DNA of 32,000 bases from an uncultured Chloroflexia bacterium (GTDB lineage: Bacteria; Chloroflexota; Ktedonobacteria; Ktedonobacterales; JADMIN01). Under the pieces are notes generated by a model. That model was given only the letters and a program-made list of their open reading frames with translations. It ran no database searches and was not told the origin of the DNA. Numbering within the stretch: the first letter of the stretch is position 1; every line of letters starts with the position of its first letter. The stretch spans positions 450,001-482,000 of the forward strand of contig CAVRAI010000004.1 in assembly GCA_963718915.1 (NCBI GenBank), given 5' to 3'. The position numbers and the translations under genes are program-made. This document shows, one piece after another, positions 23,391-31,886 of this stretch.

Positions 23391-25061
23391 ATGGAGACGA
23401 AGTGTGTGAAACGTGTGGTACTCATAGGCCCAACGGGAAGTGGGAAGTCCGCAACTGGCCGACTTCTCGCGATGCTACTTCATTGGCAATTTATCGACCT
23501 TGACGAAGAAATCGCCCGCATCTCCGGCATGGCTGTGCCGGAGATTTTCGCGCGTGAGGGGGAACGCGGCTTTCGCGACCGCGAGACGGCGGCGCTCAAA
23601 GCTGTTGCCGAGCGGCGCTGCGTGGTGATCGCGACGGGCGCGGGGGTCGTCGAGCGTGCGGCAAACCGGGCGCTGCTCCACAAGCACAGCCGTGTTGTTG
23701 CCCTGCTCGCCTCGCCGGAGACCATCTGGCGTCGCCTGCTGGAGCATGCCGCCTCTCCCACGGAGTTAGGTCGCCAGCGGCCGATGCTGGCAGGCAGCGA
23801 TCCATTGCAGCGACTGGGCAGCCTCTACACGCGCCGCGCGCCGCTCTATGCCGAGGCAGACGAGACGCTGGTGGTCGAGAATCTGACCCCTGCCGATGCG
23901 GCGGCGCGTATCGCGGCGAGTCTGGTGGGGCGCGGACTGCTACCCGACGACGGCGCGGAGACGGCCTGCTGGCTAACCAGGACGCAGCACGGGCCTGACT
24001 ATGAGATCGTCGTCGGCTGGAACGCGATCACCAGTCTGTCTGGACGCCTCAAAGAACTGCGGCTGCCGAAGCGTCTCCACGTCATTACAGATGAGGCAGT
24101 CGGAGCGCTCTACGAACCACCGTTGATGACCGCATTGCAGGATGCGGGGTTCGCACCGCAGGTCTTTCGTGTGCCGGTGGGCGAGGGCAGCAAGTCCGCC
24201 GTCCAGCTTGGAGCAATCTACGATTGGCTGGCGGCCCGACGCGCTGAACGGTCGGAGGCGATTCTCGCGCTCGGCGGCGGCGTTGTCGGCGATCTGGCGG
24301 GCTATGCGGCGGCGACCTGGCTGCGGGGCGTGCCGCTCGTCCAGATTCCCACTTCATTGCTGGCGCAGGTGGATGCCTCTATCGGCGGCAAAGTGGCCAT
24401 CAACCATCCGCAGGGCAAGAACCTGATTGGCGCGTTCTATCCGCCACTGCTGGTGCTGAGCGATCCGGCGCTGCTAATGACCCTTCCCGAACGTCAATAT
24501 ATCGAGGGACTGGCCGAGATGGTCAAGCATGGCGTCGCGCTGGATGGAGGCTACTTCATCAGGCTGGAGCTGAACGCGAGCGACCTGCTGCGGCGCGAGC
24601 CAGTTGCGTTGACGAAGGCAATCGTCGAATCGGCGTCGATCAAATCGGTGGTTGTGCAGATCGACGAACGCGAAGGCGCGCACGATGAGCGCATTCGGCT
24701 CAACTACGGTCACACTATCGGGCATGCGCTCGAAGCGGTCGCGGGCTATGGCCAGTGGCTACACGGCGAGGCAGTCGCCGCCGGGATGAACGTCGCGGCG
24801 CGCATCGGCGCCAGCCTGGGTATCACCCCGGTAGAGGTCGTGGAGCGGCAGGAAAAGCTGCTGACGTATCTAGGTCTGCCGACCAGCCTGGAGGGCGTCT
24901 CCGCCAGCGCGCTGATGGGCGCGGCGCTCTGGGATAAGAAGGTGCGCGGCGGCGCGGTGCGCTGGATATTGCCGACGACGCTGGGCCGTTCCGCAGTGGT
25001 CAGCGATGTGCCGCTCGAAGCCGTCCGCGAAGCGCTGCTGGCGGTGGGCGCTGAGGCGTAG
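23391..25061 (+). CDS. aroK-aroB: Bifunctional shikimate kinase / 3-dehydroquinate synthase fusion
   Basis: The N-terminal 170 aa are VVLIGPTGSGKSATGRLLA...FIDLDEEI...FRDRE (AroK). The C-terminal part is LGGGVVGDLAGYAAATWLRGVPLVQIPTSLLAQVDASIGGKVAINHPQGKNLIGAFYPP...NYGHTIGHALE (AroB). Confidence 0.9.
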   Translation: METKCVKRVVLIGPTGSGKSATGRLLAMLLHWQFIDLDEEIARISGMAVPEIFAREGERGFRDRETAALKAVAERRCVVIATGAGVVERAANRALLHKHSRVVALLASPETIWRRLLEHAASPTELGRQRPMLAGSDPLQRLGSLYTRRAPLYAEADETLVVENLTPADAAARIAASLVGRGLLPDDGAETACWLTRTQHGPDYEIVVGWNAITSLSGRLKELRLPKRLHVITDEAVGALYEPPLMTALQDAGFAPQVFRVPVGEGSKSAVQLGAIYDWLAARRAERSEAILALGGGVVGDLAGYAAATWLRGVPLVQIPTSLLAQVDASIGGKVAINHPQGKNLIGAFYPPLLVLSDPALLMTLPERQYIEGLAEMVKHGVALDGGYFIRLELNASDLLRREPVALTKAIVESASIKSVVVQIDEREGAHDERIRLNYGHTIGHALEAVAGYGQWLHGEAVAAGMNVAARIGASLGITPVEVVERQEKLLTYLGLPTSLEGVSASALMGAALWDKKVRGGAVRWILPTTLGRSAVVSDVPLEAVREALLAVGAEA

Positions 25062-25090
25062 TGAGATGCTGATAGTCTGGAGCGACGCGC

Positions 25091-25555
25091 ATGAGTCACG
25101 GCGAGACGACCGAACAGCGGCCACGTATCCTGGTGGCGCATGGGCCGAACCTCAATACACTGGGGAAGCGCGAGCCAGAGATCTATGGGTCGATGACGCT
25201 CGACGAGATCAACCAGCGGATTCACGAACGGGCGGCGGCGCTAGGTTGCGAGACCCACGCCTTCCAGTCGAATCACGAGGGCGCGCTGATCGATTTCCTC
25301 CAGGCGGAGGCGGGCAGCGCGCAGGGGATCGTCATCAATCCGGGCGGGCTGACCCATACCAGTGTCTCGCTGCGGGATGCGCTGGTGGGGACTGGCCTGC
25401 CAGTGGTCGAGGTGCATCTCTCGAACATCTATGCGCGCGAGCCGTTCCGCCATACCTCGCTGCTTGCGCCAGTCTGCAAGGGTCAGATTACGGGGCTGGG
25501 CTGGCGAGGCTATCTCTATGCGCTCGAAGCGCTCGTATCGCTCGTGACTGCGTGA
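25091..25555 (+). CDS. aroQ: Type II 3-dehydroquinate dehydratase
   Basis: Motifs are [43 protein letters not shown] and [15 protein letters not shown]. Confidence 0.95.
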   Translation: MSHGETTEQRPRILVAHGPNLNTLGKREPEIYGSMTLDEINQRIHERAAALGCETHAFQSNHEGALIDFLQAEAGSAQGIVINPGGLTHTSVSLRDALVGTGLPVVEVHLSNIYAREPFRHTSLLAPVCKGQITGLGWRGYLYALEALVSLVTA

Positions 25556-25734
25556 CTGGGCGGTTGGCGGCAATCCGGTGATAGAATAGGTTGGCGCAAT
25601 TCCGTGTGTGGGCAATGGAACGGTCGCATTGACCGTGCGGCTTGCATACGCAGATACAGAAAAGCGACGCTGCCTCAATGCGCGCGTCGATGAGGACCGA
25701 CAGGGTCGGCTCCGGGAGGATACAAGCAGATTCT

Positions 25735-26298
25735 ATGATTTCGACAGGTGATTTGAAAAAAGGAATATCGCTGGAGCTGGACGGTCAGCTCTTTACGATT
25801 GTTGACTGGCAGCACATCAAGATGGGGCGCGGCGGCGCCATCGTGCGGATCAAGCTGCGCAACCTGCGGACCGGCGCGAACTTCGAGCGCACCTATGACG
25901 CGGGCGAGCGTTTCCAGCGCGCATTCCTTGAACACCGTCCCGTGCAGTACTCGTACAATGACGGTGATACGTACTATTTCATGGACAACGAGACCTTCGA
26001 GACTATACCATTGACGGGCGAGCAGCTTGGCGATGCGAAGAACTACCTGCTCGATGGTATGCAGATCGAGATTGTGACCTACAACGACGAGGCGCTCAGC
26101 GTTGAATTGCCGCCATCGGTTGATCTGGAAGTGACCTACACCGAGCCGGGATTCAAGGGCGACACCGCCACTGGGGGCACCAAGCCCGCCACCGTCGAGA
26201 CGGGACTGATCGTTCAGGTGCCGCTCTTCGTCACGACTGGCGATAAGATTCGCGTCAAGACGGATACCGGTGGCTACGTCGAGCGGGTCAACTCATAA
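25735..26298 (+). CDS. efp: Elongation factor P (Arg32 type)
   Basis: I place the start at the ATG at 25735 (MISTGDLKKGISLELDGQLFTIVDWQHIKMGRGGAIVRIKLRNL...). The tip loop KMGRGGA has Arg where E. coli has the modified Lys34, as in Thermus-type KLGRGGA. The upstream 31 codons of the track ORF were rejected. Confidence 0.9.
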   Translation: MISTGDLKKGISLELDGQLFTIVDWQHIKMGRGGAIVRIKLRNLRTGANFERTYDAGERFQRAFLEHRPVQYSYNDGDTYYFMDNETFETIPLTGEQLGDAKNYLLDGMQIEIVTYNDEALSVELPPSVDLEVTYTEPGFKGDTATGGTKPATVETGLIVQVPLFVTTGDKIRVKTDTGGYVERVNS

Positions 26299-26359
26299 AG
26301 AGAACTTTGGCTCGTGCGCTCCGGGGTCGTCGGAGCTTGCGGGAGGAGGCGCAGTCACC

Positions 26360-26884
26360 ATGGTACGCGAACGCGCGGATCGCAACAACGGATCGGCCCC
26401 GGTACCGACATCCACCAGTCTCAGTGTCGCCGAATTGCGTCAGCTTATCACGTTGATGGAGAAGAGCGACATCGAAGAGATTACCATCGAGCATGAGCGT
26501 GATGGACTGCATCTCACACTCCGCAAGCCCGCGCCGGTGGAGCTTGATCCATCCGTGCTGCTGGGCGCTGGCGAACTGCTGGAGGGCGCGGCGTTTTCTG
26601 CCTCTGAGCCTGAGGCCGAGGCTGAGGATGATGCGGCGAATGCTCTCGACATCCGCTCAACGCTGGTCGGTTTCTATCGCGCGGTTGCCAGGCGTGGCGC
26701 GAAGCCCCTCGCGCCGGGAGATAGCGTCAAGGAGGGGCAGATCATCGGGGCCGTCGAGGCGCTCAACGTGCTGAACGAGGTCGAATCGCCAGCGGCCGGG
26801 CGCGTCCGCAAGATTCTGGTGGACGACGGCCAGCCGGTTCAGTATGGCCAGGTGCTGATGATGGTCGAGCCGCTCAAAGCCTGA
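26360..26884 (+). CDS. accB: AccB-like biotin carboxyl carrier protein homolog lacking the biotinyl-lysine
   Basis: I place the start at the ATG at 26360, with GGGAGGAGG about 10 nt upstream. The N-terminal part reads LSVAELRQLITLMEKSDIEEITIE and is followed by an Ala/Glu-rich linker. RSTLVGFYRA and VKEGQIIGAVEALNVLNEVESPAAGRVRKILVDDGQPVQYGQVLMMVEP follow. The canonical EAMKMMN is EALNVLN here, with Asn136 encoded by aac at 26765-26767. Confidence 0.8.
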   Translation: MVRERADRNNGSAPVPTSTSLSVAELRQLITLMEKSDIEEITIEHERDGLHLTLRKPAPVELDPSVLLGAGELLEGAAFSASEPEAEAEDDAANALDIRSTLVGFYRAVARRGAKPLAPGDSVKEGQIIGAVEALNVLNEVESPAAGRVRKILVDDGQPVQYGQVLMMVEPLKA

Positions 26885-26977
26885 CCTCTCCCAGATGGTC
26901 GGTCAGTGGGGCGCTAACTGGCACTCGCGAAGGATGTGTCAGGCTACCTTCGCGGCATTTATGCCGCGGCTAACCCC

Positions 26978-27010
26978 GCCTGTACCATCTTTTCGACAGG
27001 CACGTTTTTT
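26978..27010 (+). terminator. Candidate intrinsic terminator after the accB-like gene
   Basis: The gcctgt/acaggc stem (6 bp, 12-nt loop) is followed by acgTTTTTTgg. The stem is weak. A tighter GC hairpin (cgcggcat/atgccgcg, 26951-26968) lies just upstream. Confidence 0.4.
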
Positions 27011-27125
27011 GGCTCTCCTCCCCGCGTCGGAGGCAGACGTGCGAGCCGTGAGGCTCGGAGTGTGCGTAATGCACGCATAACGCCTGCGTCCCATCGGGAG
27101 GGGCTGGGGGAGAGGTCCGGCAGTA

Positions 27126-28343
27126 ATGCGCATTGTCGGTGTGAGTGAACTGACGAGCTACCTCAAGAGCCTGCTCGAAGAAGACTACTATCTGCAGGAC
27201 ACCTGGGTGCGCGGCGAGATTACCAACTATGTGCAATCTGGCGCCGGGCACCGCTACTTCTCGGTCAAGGATGAACGCGCTTCGCTTCGCTGCGTGCTGT
27301 TTCGTGGTAATGGGTCCAGCACGCCGCCATTGCGTAACGGGATGGCGGTGTTCGTCCATGGGCGTCTGAGTGTCTATGAGGCGCGGGGCGATGTACAGTT
27401 TTACGTGGATGTCGTGGAAGATGCGGGTATCGGCGAGCTGCATCTGCGCTTTGAGGCGCTGAAGGCGCGGCTGGAGGCCGAGGGGCTCTTCGCGGCGGAA
27501 CGCAAACGTGACCTGCCACGCTCACCCTCAGTCATTGGCGTCGTGACGTCGTCATCGGCCGCCGCCCTGCGCGACATTGTGCGGACGCTGCGGCTGCGCT
27601 GCCCACTGGTGCGGGTGGTGGTGGCGCCGACGCTGGTGCAGGGAGATGGCGCCGCGGAACAGGTGGCCTCGGCCATCGCGCTGCTGAACGCTCATGCGCG
27701 GGCGGAGGTTATCATCGTCGCGCGCGGTGGCGGCTCGCTCGAAGAATTATGGGCCTTCAATGAGGAGGTGGTCGCGCGGGCCATCGTGGCGTCGGCGATT
27801 CCCGTGGTGACGGGCATCGGCCACGAGACGGATTTCACCATCGCCGATTTCGTCGCCGACCTGCGCGCCTCGACTCCCACCGCCGCCGCCACAGCCGCCG
27901 TACCAGACCTGCGGACCTGGCGTGAGTCGCTCTTCCAGCAGCGCGAGCGGCTCGATCAGGCGGTTAGCGTCTACCTGTATACCCAGCGGGCGACGCTGGG
28001 CATCCGCCAGCACGCGCTGGATCGCGCCAGCCCATTGGGGCGCATTGCGCAGGCGCGCCAGCGAGTTGACGAGGCGCGCGAGCGGCTACGCGCGCGGATG
28101 CAGGGTCAGCTAGACCTTCGACGCGAGCGACTGCGCGGGCGGGCACAGCAGCTTCACGCGCTCAGCCCGCTGCTGACATTGAGCCGGGGCTTTGCCGTGG
28201 TACGGCGCGCGGATGATGATACATTGGTGATGAGCGTCGGACAGGTTGCGCCAGGCGATGCGTTGCGGGTGCGCGTGTCCGACGGAACGTTTGACGCCGT
28301 GGCTGGCGAGCGGGTAACGCCATCCGAGGTGGAGAGGAAGTAG
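27126..28343 (+). CDS. xseA: Exodeoxyribonuclease VII large subunit
   Basis: The N-terminal OB fold reads VSELTSYLKSLLEEDYYLQDTWVRGEITNYVQSGAGHRYFSVKD. Further motifs are VIGVVTSSSAAALRDI and IIVARGGGSLEELWAFNEE, and the C-terminus is a coiled coil. Confidence 0.95.
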   Translation: MRIVGVSELTSYLKSLLEEDYYLQDTWVRGEITNYVQSGAGHRYFSVKDERASLRCVLFRGNGSSTPPLRNGMAVFVHGRLSVYEARGDVQFYVDVVEDAGIGELHLRFEALKARLEAEGLFAAERKRDLPRSPSVIGVVTSSSAAALRDIVRTLRLRCPLVRVVVAPTLVQGDGAAEQVASAIALLNAHARAEVIIVARGGGSLEELWAFNEEVVARAIVASAIPVVTGIGHETDFTIADFVADLRASTPTAAATAAVPDLRTWRESLFQQRERLDQAVSVYLYTQRATLGIRQHALDRASPLGRIAQARQRVDEARERLRARMQGQLDLRRERLRGRAQQLHALSPLLTLSRGFAVVRRADDDTLVMSVGQVAPGDALRVRVSDGTFDAVAGERVTPSEVERK

Positions 28344-28347
28344 CGTT

Positions 28348-28665
28348 ATGCAGCGTGAGCGACGTGGGCGTCGCGCAAACGGGTCTGATCCATCACGTTC
28401 GCCCTCACCAGCGGACATTTCGCTGGACGGGCTGGCCGACTATGATAAGGCAATGACCGAGATCGATGATATTATCGCGCAGCTTGAGGATGGCCAGCAT
28501 TCGCTCGACGAAGAGATGCAGCTCTACGAGCGCGCGATGCGGCTGGCGCACGCCTGCGACCAGCTGCTCCAGAACGCCGAGCTGCGGGTGGAGAAGCTGC
28601 GTTCCGATCTCAGCGCTGGGCAGGCCTCCTTTGCGCTGGAAAACTTCGACATCGACGACGAATAA
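28348..28665 (+). CDS. xseB: Exodeoxyribonuclease VII small subunit (with a basic, Ser/Pro-rich N-terminal extension)
   Basis: The motif is YDKAMTEIDDIIAQLEDGQHSLDEEMQLYERAMRLAHACDQLLQNAELRVEKL. The gene starts 4 nt after the xseA stop. Confidence 0.9.
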   Translation: MQRERRGRRANGSDPSRSPSPADISLDGLADYDKAMTEIDDIIAQLEDGQHSLDEEMQLYERAMRLAHACDQLLQNAELRVEKLRSDLSAGQASFALENFDIDDE

Positions 28666-28676
28666 CGAGGAGCGAC

Positions 28677-29126
28677 ATGCATTCGCCACTGACCGATTTG
28701 TTAGGGAATCGTGTGTTGTGGGCCGCTGTGGCGGGATGGCTGGTGGCGCAGGGCATCAAGGTGCTGCTGGCGTTGATCGCGACCCATAAGTTCGAGCCGA
28801 GCTATCTCTTTGCCTCCGGTGGGATGCCCAGTTCGCATTCGGCGCTGGTGATGGCGCTGGCGACCGGGGTGGCGCGCGTGGATGGTTTGGGGTCGGTCTA
28901 CTTTGCGCTAGCGGCGGTCTTCGCCGGGGTGGTGATGTATGACGCGGCGGGCGTGCGGCGCGCGGTCAGCAAGCAGGCGCGCATCCTCAACCTGATGATG
29001 GAGGACTTCTTCCACGAGCGCGGACTCGACGTGCATCGCCTTGGCGAGCTGATAGGTCATACGCCGGTAGAAGTCTTCGCCGGTGGCGCGCTGGGCATTC
29101 TCCTGGGCCTCCTGTTTACAGCATAG
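28677..29126 (+). CDS. Divergent PAP2 family membrane protein (DUF212/YuiD-like)
   Basis: Motifs are WLVAQGIKVLL, SGGMPSSHSALVMALA, YDAAGVRR and GHTPVEVFAGGALGI. Confidence 0.85.
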   Translation: MHSPLTDLLGNRVLWAAVAGWLVAQGIKVLLALIATHKFEPSYLFASGGMPSSHSALVMALATGVARVDGLGSVYFALAAVFAGVVMYDAAGVRRAVSKQARILNLMMEDFFHERGLDVHRLGELIGHTPVEVFAGGALGILLGLLFTA

Positions 29127-29240
29127 CGCTCTCTTCCACGACCCGACAGACCCTTCTTCCCATCTCGCAAGCAGAGGCTCGTTCCATGTGGTACCTTGCT
29201 GATGGGTTGATGTCGTTCACATATCTCGGGAGTTTGCAGG

Positions 29241-30272
29241 GTGCGCAAGAAGTCGAAGTTCCTACCAGATGCCAAGCGGAGGTCGCGCACCGACGACAAG
29301 TATGGCGATGCGTTTGACGCGGACGATTCCCGTCCATCACAATCGAGTGAGTGGCTCAACCATGCCACAGGCAGCAAGACCACTGATATCTTCGTCGGCG
29401 GCCAGCGGAGCCGAAAACGACGCGCTCTGCGGCTGGTTGGGAGCGGTGTCGCGTTGGGCGGCAAAGGGTTGGTCCGCGCGGGCAAGTTCGGCTACCGTCA
29501 GATGCACCCGATGCGCGCGCGTGACTGGGTCTCACTGGGCGCGGTGGCCGCGGTATTTGTCGCGCTAGGAGTCTACGCGACATTCGAACGCGGCGCTGGC
29601 CTGCCGCGTTCGCAATTGGGCTGTCGCTGGCACACGGTGGACGTTCGAGACTCGCTGATTTCGCTTGCGCGTCTCGATGGTGTGAGTGTCGAAGATATCG
29701 CGCAGGCGAATGGCATCTACGATGTCAAAGACCCACCGATAGGGATGCAACTCTGCATCCCGTCGAAGTCGGATGTGGCGCAGGCAGCGGATAGTACCCC
29801 GTTTGCCTCGGCGACCGATGGCCCGGTAATCCAGGGAGAGGCGGAGTATGTGCGTTTCGCGCTGCCCTATGCCCAGCAGGCGCACGAGGCGACGGGCTGG
29901 CCCACCAGCATGATTCTGGCGCAATGGGGACTGGAACAGGGATGGGAGGCGCCCACCTTTACCGGCTATAACTTTGGCAACTGCGGCGGCCTGACGGATG
30001 AGCCTTTCGTTCCCGGTACGTCGGCCCCTGGCTCGCCCTCGACGTTCGCCTACGCCGATTCGCCCGCGGATGGCCTGCGCTTCTACGTCCATGTCGCCAA
30101 ACTGAGCTACTATGCCCAGGTCGCGTCCGCCGCGCGTAGTGGAGGGCCGGAGGCGGCGGCGAAGGCGCTCGGCGCGTCTCCCTGGGACGCGGGCCACTAT
30201 ACCGGCGACAACGATCCTGGCTCCTCGCTAATCGCGCTGATGCGGCAGTACAACCTCACCCAGTACGATTGA
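29241..30272 (+). CDS. Membrane-anchored LysM + GH73-like (glucosaminidase) peptidoglycan hydrolase
   Basis: The start is a GTG. A basic N-terminus is followed by the TM segment WVSLGAVAAVFVALGVYATF. The LysM reads HTVDVRDSLISLARLDGVSVEDIAQANGI...LCIP. The GH73-like motif is MILAQWGLEQGWEAP...GYNFGN. Confidence 0.75.
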   Translation: MRKKSKFLPDAKRRSRTDDKYGDAFDADDSRPSQSSEWLNHATGSKTTDIFVGGQRSRKRRALRLVGSGVALGGKGLVRAGKFGYRQMHPMRARDWVSLGAVAAVFVALGVYATFERGAGLPRSQLGCRWHTVDVRDSLISLARLDGVSVEDIAQANGIYDVKDPPIGMQLCIPSKSDVAQAADSTPFASATDGPVIQGEAEYVRFALPYAQQAHEATGWPTSMILAQWGLEQGWEAPTFTGYNFGNCGGLTDEPFVPGTSAPGSPSTFAYADSPADGLRFYVHVAKLSYYAQVASAARSGGPEAAAKALGASPWDAGHYTGDNDPGSSLIALMRQYNLTQYD

Positions 30273-30286
30273 AGCGACCTTACCCC

Positions 30287-30317
30287 TAGTCCCCTCTCCC
30301 GGTAGGAGGGGGGACTA
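30287..30317. terminator. Strong hairpin between convergent genes (possible bidirectional terminator, no U tract)
   Basis: tagtcccctctcc-cggta-ggaggggggacta forms a 13-bp stem (one G.U pair) with a 5-nt loop. It lies between the stop at 30272 (+) and the stop at 30338 (-). Confidence 0.4.
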
Positions 30318-30337
30318 CGCCCATGACGCTGGTAACA

Positions 30338-31639
30338 CTACCCTGTCCACCCCAACTCCCTAGCGCGTTTCTCCGCTGCATCAGCCTCGGCGATCCGCCC
30401 CAGCATGCGCAACGTGATGCTCATGTTGCTCCAAGCAGTGATATTGTTCGGGTCGAGAGCCAGTGCCCGGCTGTAGGCGGTCAACTCCTCCTCATAGTTC
30501 CCCAGCGCGAACAGACCGACTGCTTTACCATTCCAGGCATTAGCATCATAGGGGGTCAGGGCTAGCACTCGTTCGTATGCATTCATTGCCTCTTGATAGC
30601 GCCCTATGTTATTGAGTAAGAATCCCTTATTACTCCATGTGAGGGCATCGTTCGGATCCAAGTCAAGCGCCTGGTCAAAAGCGGCCAAGGCCTCCTCAAG
30701 GCGTCCCAAGTTGCCGAGCGCTGCACCTTTGCCGATCCAGGCGGCGCGAAAATTTGGATTAAGTTCCAAGGCACGGTTGCATGCAGCCAGCGCCTCCTCA
30801 GGGCGTCCAAGACGACCGAGTGCATTGCCCATGTTGCTCCAAGCGGCAGCGAAGTCAGGGGCGAGAGCCACCGTCCTGTCGTAAGCAGCTAACGCTTCCT
30901 CACGGAGTCCCAGAGCACTGAGCGCTTTGGCTTTGTTGTTCCAGACCCATGCCTGCTTATCGTCAAGGGCGAGGGCTTGGTCGTACGCTTGGAGGTCGTC
31001 TCCGTGCCGCCCCGTTTCATTGCGTGCAAGTCCAAGATTGGCCCAGGCGTCGGACGAGCCAGGAGCGAGTTGGGTGGCGCGCTCGAAGAGAGGCAGCGCC
31101 TCGGCGTATTGCTTCTGCGCAATCAGCGCCTTGCCGCGAGTCAGCAAGTCATCTGCGTCCTCACTGGGCTGCGGGGCGACGGGAGTGGGGGCCGCACCAA
31201 CCGGGGTCAGGCCGAGGGCGCGCAGCAGGCGGTTGGCCGCCTCCATCACGGCGTAGGGCGTGAAGCCGGGAGCCTCGATACGCTTGTAGTTGTAGTATGC
31301 AAGCCAGCCGTTATCTGCCCCAAAGTCATTGCGCTCGATCCGTTCTGCCGTCACCGGTAGGAAGACCCGCGAGGGATCGCGGTCGCCTAACTCCTCCGCC
31401 CAGTCCGCCTCGCGCTTCACCCATTTTGAGCTAATGGCGTGTTTCGAGAGGATTAGCACAAAGATCGGTCGGCTGCCCAGCTCGCGCAGGATCACATCCT
31501 GCAATCGGCCATTGCCCATGTTGTGCTCGTCATACCAGACGTCCGCGCCCGCATCGCGCAACGCCGTTACGACGGCATGACAGAAGGCATTGTCCTCGGT
31601 GGCATGGCTGACAAATACCCGCAGTTGCTGCGCTGCCAT
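30338..31639 (-). CDS. TIR domain + 8x TPR repeat protein
   Basis: I place the start at the ATG at 31637-31639 (MAAQQLRVFVSHATEDNAFC...), with AAGGAGGG about 7 nt upstream. The TIR_2-like features are VFVSHATED, ADVWYD, IFVLILS, SSKWVKRE (W73-x3-E77) and VFLPV. Eight regular 34-aa TPRs follow (W.N.G.AL..LGR.EEALAA.D.AL.L.P....A). Confidence 0.9.
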   Translation of the reverse strand: MAAQQLRVFVSHATEDNAFCHAVVTALRDAGADVWYDEHNMGNGRLQDVILRELGSRPIFVLILSKHAISSKWVKREADWAEELGDRDPSRVFLPVTAERIERNDFGADNGWLAYYNYKRIEAPGFTPYAVMEAANRLLRALGLTPVGAAPTPVAPQPSEDADDLLTRGKALIAQKQYAEALPLFERATQLAPGSSDAWANLGLARNETGRHGDDLQAYDQALALDDKQAWVWNNKAKALSALGLREEALAAYDRTVALAPDFAAAWSNMGNALGRLGRPEEALAACNRALELNPNFRAAWIGKGAALGNLGRLEEALAAFDQALDLDPNDALTWSNKGFLLNNIGRYQEAMNAYERVLALTPYDANAWNGKAVGLFALGNYEEELTAYSRALALDPNNITAWSNMSITLRMLGRIAEADAAEKRARELGWTG

Positions 31640-31849
31640 GAGTGGTCCCTCCTTTGCGCGCATGCTGGCTTACCGACGATACCGTTTGCTCCCTCATTCT
31701 AGCACGTCTGGCATCTGTGACTGGCTGGTCTTTCACGTGGCATCGCAAAACGGTGCAGTCAGTACACCGGTCGGCGGTAGATGTCTGAGGGACGCTTGCC
31801 GGAGCAAAAATGCCCCGGCGAATATCCCCGCTCTATCCTACAGTCATTC

Positions 31850-31871
31850 GCCGTAGCGTTGACGCTACGGC
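31850..31871 (-). terminator. Hairpin just downstream of serS (possible terminator, no U tract)
   Basis: gccgtagcg-ttga-cgctacggc forms a perfect 9-bp stem, 16 nt past the serS stop on the minus strand. Confidence 0.3.
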
Positions 31872-31886
31872 CAGACTCACCTCCCT

